A DNA stretch of 64,000 nucleotides from Poseidonia sp. (GTDB lineage: Archaea > Thermoplasmatota > Poseidoniia > Poseidoniales > Poseidoniaceae): positions 32,001 to 96,000 of the forward strand of contig CBFIDD010000003.1 of NCBI GenBank assembly GCA_965661285.1. The letters run 5' to 3'. The position numbers were made by a program, and so were the translations under genes. The notes beneath the pieces are model-generated. The model was not told the origin of the DNA. It saw only the letters and a program-made list of their open reading frames with translations, and did no database searches. Of this stretch, positions 27,230-35,847 are shown one piece after another; position 1 is the first letter of the stretch; each line of letters begins with the position of its first letter.

Positions 27230-28911
27230 CAGGCCCACCCCCACTGCATTCGCAATTCAGAGGCACGCATTTGCGCATCGTGTTCCTGGATTTCAAAGCC
27301 GTCCGCCAGCACCATAGCGCCTTGGTCGTCAACGATGCTGCGACCGGTAACGCTGACCTGTCGTCCGAGCAATCGTTCTCGGACAAATTGTACGAAGCCA
27401 ACATCGCCAAGTTCCTCAACTTTGGCTTTCATGTCGTCCTGACTCATTGCGAGGGCGGCGAGTGTGGCGTCCTTGTTCACCAGAACAGCAGCGGTTACGC
27501 CGTCTTCGTCCATCACGGTTCGCAGGCGAATGTCCTCGTTCCCTTCGTTGGCACCGTGGTCAAAACACGCACCGTCTCGAAGGACACGCCGGCATTCAGT
27601 GCATCGAAGAATGAAACCAGAGTCCTCTCGCACACTCACAAGCATGCCGCCGGTTTTCATGCCAACACGACTGGGCCCTGCCACGACTTCGGTCAATGGG
27701 ACCTCAACAGCGTGATTGGTGAGGTCCATGTTTTCATCCCAAGGGGGTGAATCGAGCAGCGTGATTTGGTCTGCCTTGTCCACGGTGATATCGGGGATGC
27801 CTTGCCAAGCTCGCACCCGTGCGCCTTTGATTTCCATCGTCACGGGTAAATCACTTTCCTCGAAGGGAAGCGTATCCCAGATGCTGATTCGGCATCGGCC
27901 TGTCGGGTCCGCTATTTGACCCGACCAGAGAAATTTCTCCTCACCGTCACGTTCAAACGTTCGCTTCATAATTTCTGTGATTTGCACCACGGCATCAACA
28001 TCGCGAGACCCGTCTCGCAAGCCAGAAATGGTGGTCTTCGTACGTTGGGCCAAGGTCTCGAGGTCGGCAAAATTGGTATCGTGAAACACCTCAATCCGTG
28101 TCGTTCGACCGAAGTTCAGTTCAGGCGTATCGCGGAAACTCCGTACTTGGGCGCCGTCGATTTTCAGCAACGTGCCCACTTCGTGATCAAAGGGTTCCCA
28201 GGAGAGGAAACCGATCGTTCCGGTATCATCGGCGATCCGCCCGCGAACGACGTCAATGGAACCAGAGCCGTCCTTCCTGTGAATTTGGTCTGGACGAGAT
28301 GCCAGCACTCGGCCAACCACGCAGATGTAGCCTTCATTGGGAATGGCGCCGATATCAACCGGGTCGTTGGAGGACACCTGCGTTGCAACGCCTTCCTTCA
28401 GGACGACGATGCGCGTGGATTGATTGATGTTCAGCGACATTTTTCCGTTGTACTCATTCACGCTCGCACCTTCGATGCGAACGATGCTCCCCGATGTCAG
28501 ATTGGCATGGGGCCCCCAGTCTTTGTAGTCCCAACGGGTGCGCTGGCCGTTTTCTTCCCAGGGATTGTCTTCGAGCATACCGAAGGCGATTTGTTTCTCT
28601 TCGCCTCGAATCATCTGGTCTCGAATGTTGTGAGTGACGATGGCCACCTCGATCTCAACATCACGGTCGCTTCCCGAAAGCTCCGAGAGACTGGCGACTT
28701 TCTTGGTCGCTCGGGTTTGACCTGCGCCTCCGCTCGGCGCGGGCGTGGTGCCGCTTTGGAAACGGCGTAGGACAGAGCGCATGGCGTCTTGTGGTGGGAT
28801 GTAGAACTCTTGTTCGTACTTCGCGAAGGCTTCTGCAATCTCCTCAGCATCGGCATCAGGGCATTCTTTCTGAACGGCCTCGACATAGTCGGCATATTTG
28901 CCTTCAGACAT
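27229..28911 (-). CDS. rpa: replication protein A large subunit (multiple OB folds plus Zn finger)
   Basis: Repeated OB motifs (IADDTGTI.F..W; IADPTG.CRISIW) and a CTECRR..C..H zinc finger. Confidence 0.9.
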   Translation of the reverse strand: MSEGKYADYVEAVQKECPDADAEEIAEAFAKYEQEFYIPPQDAMRSVLRRFQSGTTPAPSGGAGQTRATKKVASLSELSGSDRDVEIEVAIVTHNIRDQMIRGEEKQIAFGMLEDNPWEENGQRTRWDYKDWGPHANLTSGSIVRIEGASVNEYNGKMSLNINQSTRIVVLKEGVATQVSSNDPVDIGAIPNEGYICVVGRVLASRPDQIHRKDGSGSIDVVRGRIADDTGTIGFLSWEPFDHEVGTLLKIDGAQVRSFRDTPELNFGRTTRIEVFHDTNFADLETLAQRTKTTISGLRDGSRDVDAVVQITEIMKRTFERDGEEKFLWSGQIADPTGRCRISIWDTLPFEESDLPVTMEIKGARVRAWQGIPDITVDKADQITLLDSPPWDENMDLTNHAVEVPLTEVVAGPSRVGMKTGGMLVSVREDSGFILRCTECRRVLRDGACFDHGANEGNEDIRLRTVMDEDGVTAAVLVNKDATLAALAMSQDDMKAKVEELGDVGFVQFVRERLLGRQVSVTGRSIVDDQGAMVLADGFEIQEHDAQMRASELRMQWGWA

Positions 28912-28919
28912 GATATCGT

Positions 28920-28963
28920 CCTCCGACAGGCGTTGTTGTTCGGGGCCTGTGCGGAGAACAGGC
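28920..28963 (-). promoter_or_regulatory. structured 5' leader of rpa; hairpin covers the Shine-Dalgarno sequence
   Basis: CTCCG-ACAGGC (28921-28931) pairs with GCCTGT-G-CGGAG (28945-28956). GGAGG lies 8 nt upstream of the ATG and is mostly inside the stem. Confidence 0.4.
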
Positions 28964-29070
28964 GGCGGGCTTTCGTGCGGGTTGGTTAAGATTGGACACT
29001 CCCTTGACCTCCATGGGACATCTTACCAATGACGACAGGACATAAAGAATCCCGTGCAGATTCTTGACCT

Positions 29071-30474
29071 TCATGCGGGGTTGATTCGCAACCCGTCCAT
29101 CAACAGGACATCGGGAAGATGCATGCTACCGGACGAATAGGAGCCTTGGCGACGAACGTCCTTGCCCAGCACAACCGTACCGTTCAGGGCTTTGGCCAAA
29201 TTGCCCGACAGCCCTGCCTGCTTCAAAGAACCCACCACTTCGCCGTTCTCAACCTTGAGAATGGCGCTGGTCGTAACCGAAAAATCACCGCTTGTGGGAT
29301 TGGCTGTGTGCGCACCCATGACGCTGTTGACAACATAGCCATCGCCCATCTGCTCAAGCAACTGCTCCCACGACCGACCCGCTTCAGAACTGGTCAGGAA
29401 CAATTCCGTGCATCCGGTCGAAGGAGGCGATTGATGGCCACCTGTGTTGGCCGAACCCGTTGATGCCGCAGCCTCTGTTCGTCCTTCGGCGACCTGCTGC
29501 GCTGCATCACGAGTGGACCAGAGCATGTTGGTCAGGCGCCCGTTTTCAACCAAGGTTTGCCGACGACGTGGCACACCCTCAGCGTCTCGTGAGCCCGACG
29601 ACATGCCACCATCCAGCAGGCCGTCATCGACGAGCGTCAAGGCCGGATTGATGACCCGTTGACCGAGCCGCTCGGCCCAGAACGATTCCTTCCGAACCAT
29701 CTTCTCCCCGGACATGGCAGGGGGGACGACCATGGAAAACAACGGCGAAAATCCTTCACTGGTCAACAACACTGGCGTCTCCACAGCTTGGCTTTCAACT
29801 GCAAGTGGGTTTTGAGTTACTTGAGCCCAGTGGACCGCTCGCCCGATACAATCGGGAAGTTCTGGGAGTTGTTGTCTGCTCGATTGACCCTGATAGGAAC
29901 TCGTGAGTTCACCATCAACATCCAGCGCCACCTGCAAGCCAATGCCGTGGGAAGTGGTCATGCCGGAAGAGAGAATTCCCTCGCTGGTCATGAGGCATCC
30001 TGCCGTGGCGGAGACGCCCACGCCGCCTCCCGTGACGGTCGCACGGTCATCGAGCGATTTGACATGGGAAAGAACGCCATCTGCCTGTTCAAGCAAATCT
30101 TCGGGGCTCAAGTCGAGTATGGAGGCGTCCATTCGCCCCCCAACGTCCTTTGCTGGCTGTTCGCTCGGAAGGACGAAACCTTCGATCGAGGGTGATTTTT
30201 TCGCAATAGCAACCGCTTGTTCCACTGCGCGCTCTGCTCCAGATACATCGACCAAGTGGGCGAAACCAAACCGACCACCGTCAACAACGCGAACGCCAAA
30301 ACCCCCTTCGCCACCGCCAGCGGCCATGGTGATTTTTCCCGCTTCAATGTCAAGCTGGTGGCCGTAGGATTGGAACCCGATGAGGTCCCACTGTTCCACG
30401 CCGCTCTTTTCGCAAGCCGCTGCAATCACCTTTGCGTTGGCAAGAAGCCGGTCTTCTGCACCGTCAGGAAGCAT
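29071..30474 (-). CDS. pmbA: TldE/PmbA-family protein
   Basis: GFGVRVVDGGRFGFA, LTLVDDG..G..S..DAEG, MGAHTANPTSGDFS; no HExxxH motif. Confidence 0.88.
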   Translation of the reverse strand: MLPDGAEDRLLANAKVIAAACEKSGVEQWDLIGFQSYGHQLDIEAGKITMAAGGGEGGFGVRVVDGGRFGFAHLVDVSGAERAVEQAVAIAKKSPSIEGFVLPSEQPAKDVGGRMDASILDLSPEDLLEQADGVLSHVKSLDDRATVTGGGVGVSATAGCLMTSEGILSSGMTTSHGIGLQVALDVDGELTSSYQGQSSRQQLPELPDCIGRAVHWAQVTQNPLAVESQAVETPVLLTSEGFSPLFSMVVPPAMSGEKMVRKESFWAERLGQRVINPALTLVDDGLLDGGMSSGSRDAEGVPRRRQTLVENGRLTNMLWSTRDAAQQVAEGRTEAAASTGSANTGGHQSPPSTGCTELFLTSSEAGRSWEQLLEQMGDGYVVNSVMGAHTANPTSGDFSVTTSAILKVENGEVVGSLKQAGLSGNLAKALNGTVVLGKDVRRQGSYSSGSMHLPDVLLMDGLRINPA

Positions 30475-30475
30475 C

Positions 30476-31924
30476 TCAACCCACCAACGCTTCACGAATT
30501 CGCATAACAGGACCGCCATCACCGACAGGTACGGTTTGTCCCTTTCCACAAAATCCGGGTGATGCAAGCGAGGCATCTCGGGTCAAACCGTCGACGTTCT
30601 TCAGAATTTCAAGCGTAAGTCCACTGACACTCACGTCTTTGAGCGGGCGTGTAAGTTCTCCATGTTCGATGAGCCAGGCTTCTTGGGCAGCAAATTGGAA
30701 CGAACCACGCCCGGTGTCGACCTGTCCACCTCGGGTGCCGCAAGCATAGACACCGTACTGAATGTCTTCCATCAACTCGTCCAAGTCTGCGTGCGTACCG
30801 CCCTGAATCATGGTGTTGCTCATGCGAACCAACGGATGATGAAGGCCGTCTTGGGCTCGTGCTCCCCCGTTGGGTTGAACGCCAAAATGATGTGCTGTTT
30901 CTCGATGATTGAGGTACTCGGTCAAAACACCGTTCTTGATGAGAACCTTTTCTCGCGTGTTCACGCCTTCGTCATCAACGGGATAGGCGCCATAGCCCCC
31001 CATCATGGTGGGGTCGTCAACCACGGTCACGATCTCATTTCCGATTTTCTCACCGAGTTTTCCATCAAGGCATGAGTCGCCTGCTGCGACCAAATCGGCC
31101 TCGCATGGATGACCGAGCGCCTCGTGAATGTACACGCCGGTCAGGTCTTTGTCTGCAATGAGAGGGAGTTTGCCCGAAGGGGCTCGCTCGGCTTTGAGCA
31201 AACGCAACGCTGCCCGTTGCGCCTCTTCGCCGAGTCCAACCAAATCGGCCGCCTGAATGATTTCAAGTCCACCCTGACCACCGTGTCGAGTGCGATAAGA
31301 GACGACTTCACCGTCCCTTCGAGCCGTCACCATCGCATTCACGAGCGAGCGCTGGAACGACCAAACACGGTCCATACCTTCGGTGGTCATCAACTCGGTA
31401 TGGATGTGCTCATCGCTCCACCCTGTTCGTACCGAAACGATATCGTCATGTCCACTTGCACCGTGATACATCTCGTTCATTAATGCGATTTTTTGGTCGA
31501 GGTCGGTCTCCCTCACGTCCAAGGTTGAACGCCAGTGTGTTTCGTCCTCAAGGATGGGAACCTCCGCCAGTCCGATGGGTTGTTCCTTGGGAGATCGGCG
31601 TTTGGCCACGGCCTTCGCCAGTCGAGTGGTGGATTCGATTTGGTCGGGAAGAGAGGCCAAGTCGGTTGTTGAGTGCACGCCCCAGGCCCCATCGGCAAGC
31701 ACGCGAAGCGTCATACCGAGTTCCTGGCCGGGGATGGCTCGCTCCAAGGCACCGTCCCGCATGGCAACCGATGACTCGGTCAACGCGACGACGCGTACTT
31801 CAGCGTAGGTTGCGCCGTGAGTCTGCGCAGAATCCAGAGCCTTTCGCACCTTTTCTTGGTCCAAATAGCGACCTGCACTCGGCCAATGCCCCTCGTTTTG
31901 CTTTGAAGCCATCACCATGACCAA
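30476..31924 (-). CDS. tldD: TldD-family metalloprotease
   Basis: IHEALGHPCEAD, YPVDDEG, VRMSNT, GFCGKGQTVPVGDGGP. Confidence 0.93.
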   Translation of the reverse strand: MVMVMASKQNEGHWPSAGRYLDQEKVRKALDSAQTHGATYAEVRVVALTESSVAMRDGALERAIPGQELGMTLRVLADGAWGVHSTTDLASLPDQIESTTRLAKAVAKRRSPKEQPIGLAEVPILEDETHWRSTLDVRETDLDQKIALMNEMYHGASGHDDIVSVRTGWSDEHIHTELMTTEGMDRVWSFQRSLVNAMVTARRDGEVVSYRTRHGGQGGLEIIQAADLVGLGEEAQRAALRLLKAERAPSGKLPLIADKDLTGVYIHEALGHPCEADLVAAGDSCLDGKLGEKIGNEIVTVVDDPTMMGGYGAYPVDDEGVNTREKVLIKNGVLTEYLNHRETAHHFGVQPNGGARAQDGLHHPLVRMSNTMIQGGTHADLDELMEDIQYGVYACGTRGGQVDTGRGSFQFAAQEAWLIEHGELTRPLKDVSVSGLTLEILKNVDGLTRDASLASPGFCGKGQTVPVGDGGPVMRIREALVG

Positions 31925-31955
31925 ACCAAGCGGCGAGAGCCTTTCAACCCTCCCA

Positions 31956-32525
31956 TCAGCGGTGAGACGAACTCTGGTCGTCCGCCATCAAAATATGAGC
32001 GACAACGGCTTCAGGTGCACGCTTCTCAGACCACCCTGCTGCATCGATGCCGAGGCGTTCCGCCCCCTCTATAGAAAAGTTTGCTGCGATGTTTTCTTCA
32101 GACCAACCCAAGCCGTTCAAAAGGCGCATCAATGAGGTTTCAAAATCATTGAAAGCCAAAGCCTTGGGTTGCTGATGACCCAGGTCGTTTTCTACGCCAT
32201 CCGCCTCAGGCAGGTACACGACCCATGCTGTGGGTTGACCCTCTTGCAAACCGGCACGGCTGAACGCCTCCGAGATGTGGTGCGTACCTGCGACGTATCT
32301 CAGGAATTCTGCATCAATGCTCCGAGCGACCATTCGCCCCCTGAGCGCATTCCTCGTGGCCTGTATCCAAGCGGTCCAAAGTTGCTCGTCGCCCATGACC
32401 GCATGGCCGCCCAACAACACCCAGCGGTGAGAGGGGCGTTGCTTGAGAAAGGCATCGATATTGGATTGCGGGGAGCCGTTTTCGACACGAACGCCTCGGC
32501 AGGGAAAGGCAGGAAAACCCATCAA
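31956..32525 (-). CDS. cgi121: KEOPS complex subunit Cgi121
   Basis: MVARSIDAEFLRYVAGTHHISEAF..AG motif; follows hel308 as in other euryarchaea. Confidence 0.85.
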   Translation of the reverse strand: MMGFPAFPCRGVRVENGSPQSNIDAFLKQRPSHRWVLLGGHAVMGDEQLWTAWIQATRNALRGRMVARSIDAEFLRYVAGTHHISEAFSRAGLQEGQPTAWVVYLPEADGVENDLGHQQPKALAFNDFETSLMRLLNGLGWSEENIAANFSIEGAERLGIDAAGWSEKRAPEAVVAHILMADDQSSSHR

Positions 32526-32549
32526 ATCATCCCAGAACGACCTTGGATT

Positions 32550-35150
32550 TCAATCATCCTCACCGCGCTCGCCCGCCAACGGTGCGTCATCGTCTCGTGG
32601 AGCCGGGCTTGCTTTCTTGGCTGGAGTCCGCTTGAGTACGCGCGTGATCTCAACGTGAATCTTGTCGAGCAAAACCGGCCCCCACCCTCGTTTTGACAGC
32701 AGAGCATCACGGTTCTTTCTCGACATGTTGAGGACATCGTTTGGTTCTCGCATCCCCAACGCCGCCAGTTCGCGAGCTCGCTGACGACCCACGTGTCGGA
32801 TGTTCACAAGTTGAAGCAAGTCGGCTTTACAGCCGTGGCGAACTCGCTGTTGAAGGGTGCTTAATTGTTGAACCAAGGAAGCGACGACAGGGAGGTGTTC
32901 CTCAGCAAAGACGTCGTCGGTCAGGAGGACATGTTGCGCGCCCGCCAACAACCATCCCATGAGGTCCACACGGTGATGCACATCGCCCGGAGAGACGTTG
33001 AGGGTGTCCTCAAGTTGGCGCAAGGTCGTCTCTTCCATCCACTCTTCGACCATCCATGCAGACTTGATGTTGCTCAACAGGGCCTCGGCATAACCCGGTT
33101 CAATGAGCAGTTCATCCTCGGTCGCATTCGCCTTGAGCCATGTGGGTGAATTGACCTCCATGTCGGCAGACTTGGCCCAGAGGGAGACGAAATCGGGCGT
33201 GGCCACGGCCAAGTGCAACAATCCGAAGTCCGTGAGCGGCGCATCTTTTCGCACTGCCCGGCGTACAGCCCGACGGAGTCCACGGCGCAGAATAGACGCC
33301 GAAAGGGGGTCGAGGTAGAGTTGTGTGACCCGTTCACCCATCGGGGTTGCTTCGTAGCGCATGTTTGGCCCGTCTTCTGCAGCGGGTTGGGCCCAACCGC
33401 CCGTGGAGGCGAGGGAGGTGGCTTTGGAGAACCCGATGGAGGGTGCGCCGTGGGCGCTTGATGGGCGCTTGGAGGGGGTCGGCTGGAGACCGCTTGGTGT
33501 CCACGATACGCCGTCGGTGGTTCGAGCGCTGGAGGCCCAGACGGGAACGGTGTCATCCCATGCTTCGTCATCGTCGACGGCGCGGTCCGCCCAATGCGAA
33601 GCGTAGTGTTCATCCAAACCGCATTTCCTGACGAAGCGCTCCTCAACCAGCCAGTCCAACATCGTGGTCAAGCGTTCTCGCAACTGAGATGGCGGCAGGG
33701 AGGCACCGAGAAATGTGGAGGAGAAGAAATGGTCAATCGTGCCCTTGTGAACCAGCCCGCCGGTGGCGATGCTGGCCAAAAGGTGCATGCGCAGGGCCGG
33801 CTCCGAGGCCAACTTTGAGGAAATGTCTTCGATGGGGCCGAAGAAATACCGGTCGGCGACAGCATCAGCAACCTCCCATCCATCGGTGCCTTTGCAGTAA
33901 ACCCATGCCTCCCCTTTGGTGTCGTATTTCGGTCGACCGGCCCGCCCGAGCATTTGTCGCACCTCCATAACCGGCAGGGGACGGCTCATGCCGTCGCCCC
34001 AGCGTTTCAAGTCCCTGACCAGCACGCGGCGAGCAGGGAGGTTCACACCAGCAGCAAGTGTTGGCGTGGCGGTGAGGGCGACCAGTAAACCCGATTTGAA
34101 CGCAGATTCGACGTCCTTTCGTTGAGCGTTGGTCAACCCTGCGTGGTGGAACCCCACGCCCGAAGAAAGACACGAAGACAATTGTTCGGCAAGGTTGGAT
34201 TGGCTCCGCCCGGTTAACTTCTCTGCCAGTGCCTTGAGTTTATCCAGCCGCTCCGGATTCTCCTTGACAAGGCGTTTTCGCACCCGCTTTGCCAAATTTT
34301 TCGCCTCGGATTGAGCACTCCGCCGAGTACCAACGAACAACAACACCTGCGCCTCTTGGTCCAACCCATCGCTGACCACGCTCCACACAGGATGGCTCTT
34401 CAGGCCCTCAAGGTCGCGCGGTGGGCTGAGAGGTTCGGTTTTGCCGTCTTCACTGGGGGATTGTATTTTTCTTGGCTCGACATGAAAGTCATGGAAGGTG
34501 GCATACTCCAACGCCACGGGTCGCCAATCCGACTGAATCAATTCAGCATCAAGCCACTGCGCCAATTTGGGGGAGTTTCCAACCGTTGCCGACAAGGCGA
34601 TGATTTGCGCATCCGGTTTGATGTGCCGAAGTCTCGTGAGGTTGATCTCGAGCGTCGGGCCGCGGGTAGCATCGTTCATCAGATGGAATTCATCCGCCAC
34701 GACACAACAGAGATCTGAAACAAGTTCGGCACGATGACGCAACAATGAATCCAATTTCTCGGACGTGCACACGAGAATGTTGCACTCATCGATGTTTTTC
34801 GCCTCGGCCGTTGCGTCACCAATGCCGAGACCAACCGAGAGCCCGCAGGCCGAAGCAATCGCTTTCAGGTCCTCGTATTTCTCCATCGCCAACGCCTTGA
34901 GGGGGACGATGTAGACGGCTTTTGAGCGGTCGTGGCCTTCCGAGAGTCGTTTCAACATTCCCATGTAAGCCAGCAAGGATTTCCCCGACGCTGTCGGTAT
35001 CGCCACCAAGGTGTTCCGTCCACTCAAAATGCTCGGTATCGCCTCGGCTTGTGGAGGGTGGAGGCGCTCAATGCCCCATTCATCGTTGAGAAACGTGAGG
35101 AACGGAGTTGGAAGGTCAAGGCTTGAAACGGCCCGATTGTCCACCTCCAT
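32550..35150 (-). CDS. hel308: Ski2-like ATP-dependent DNA helicase Hel308/Hjm
   Basis: PTASGKS, VPLKALA, DEFH, LSATVGN, FHHAGL, TPTLAAGVNLPAR, QMLGRAGRP, C-terminal HhH (VGRQRAR). Confidence 0.94.
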   Translation of the reverse strand: MEVDNRAVSSLDLPTPFLTFLNDEWGIERLHPPQAEAIPSILSGRNTLVAIPTASGKSLLAYMGMLKRLSEGHDRSKAVYIVPLKALAMEKYEDLKAIASACGLSVGLGIGDATAEAKNIDECNILVCTSEKLDSLLRHRAELVSDLCCVVADEFHLMNDATRGPTLEINLTRLRHIKPDAQIIALSATVGNSPKLAQWLDAELIQSDWRPVALEYATFHDFHVEPRKIQSPSEDGKTEPLSPPRDLEGLKSHPVWSVVSDGLDQEAQVLLFVGTRRSAQSEAKNLAKRVRKRLVKENPERLDKLKALAEKLTGRSQSNLAEQLSSCLSSGVGFHHAGLTNAQRKDVESAFKSGLLVALTATPTLAAGVNLPARRVLVRDLKRWGDGMSRPLPVMEVRQMLGRAGRPKYDTKGEAWVYCKGTDGWEVADAVADRYFFGPIEDISSKLASEPALRMHLLASIATGGLVHKGTIDHFFSSTFLGASLPPSQLRERLTTMLDWLVEERFVRKCGLDEHYASHWADRAVDDDEAWDDTVPVWASSARTTDGVSWTPSGLQPTPSKRPSSAHGAPSIGFSKATSLASTGGWAQPAAEDGPNMRYEATPMGERVTQLYLDPLSASILRRGLRRAVRRAVRKDAPLTDFGLLHLAVATPDFVSLWAKSADMEVNSPTWLKANATEDELLIEPGYAEALLSNIKSAWMVEEWMEETTLRQLEDTLNVSPGDVHHRVDLMGWLLAGAQHVLLTDDVFAEEHLPVVASLVQQLSTLQQRVRHGCKADLLQLVNIRHVGRQRARELAALGMREPNDVLNMSRKNRDALLSKRGWGPVLLDKIHVEITRVLKRTPAKKASPAPRDDDAPLAGERGEDD

Positions 35151-35238
35151 ACCGCTTCATATTGGGCAGCGGTTCAAAAGGACAACGCCCTCGTTTGGTT
35201 GCCGACACCTACAAGTTCCACCGGTGAATGGTCGGGTC

Positions 35239-35847
35239 ATGAGCGACGAGCGAGATGCCATGGTCGAAGAACGACTTTCGGTCTTTGATGACGAGCCTGA
35301 CCTCAACGACTGGGTTGAGGTGATGTGTGGTGCAGCCATGGTTGTGCTCGGCATTTTTCATCTGGTCGAGCCAGGCAACCTCGTCGACCCCGACATCATG
35401 CGCTGGTTCGCAGCGGCCGTTGTCGCAGCAGGGGCAGTGTGGGCTGGGCACGGCCTCAAGGACATGGGTGTAAAGGAAGTTCGCCGCTCCATCGCCGTAC
35501 TGGACATGGTCAACAACGACCAAGGCGTCGACACCGGTTTGATTCGCGACGTCCTCCTCAACCAAGAGGCGTACAGAGAATTCCTCGTTCATGCTTACGA
35601 ATCGGCTTGGGAAGACGGCGTCATCACCGAAGCGGAATTGAAGGAGTTGAAATCGTTCCAAGAAGCTCTTGGTATCAGCGATGAGGAGGCAGCCGACCTC
35701 AACGTGAAGGCCGCCATCAAATCCGCCGCTGCTGACGGTAAAATCACCGATGAAGAAGCAAAATCCATCGAAAGGGCCGCCAAGGCTGCAAAGATGACCG
35801 AAGAAGAAACGGCGGAAGCTGTCAACAAAGAATTGGACAAGGCTTGA
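35239..35847 (+). CDS. membrane protein with tandem TerB-like DG.I...E repeats
   Basis: Two N-terminal TMs; AWEDGVITEAELKEL and AAADGKITDEEAKSI repeats. Confidence 0.7.
   Translation: MSDERDAMVEERLSVFDDEPDLNDWVEVMCGAAMVVLGIFHLVEPGNLVDPDIMRWFAAAVVAAGAVWAGHGLKDMGVKEVRRSIAVLDMVNNDQGVDTGLIRDVLLNQEAYREFLVHAYESAWEDGVITEAELKELKSFQEALGISDEEAADLNVKAAIKSAAADGKITDEEAKSIERAAKAAKMTEEETAEAVNKELDKA

Noticed and set aside
33360-33623. Mini-intein in Hel308
   Set aside because: It begins with Cys but lacks the terminal His-Asn followed by Cys/Ser/Thr, has no block B TxxH, and is low complexity.
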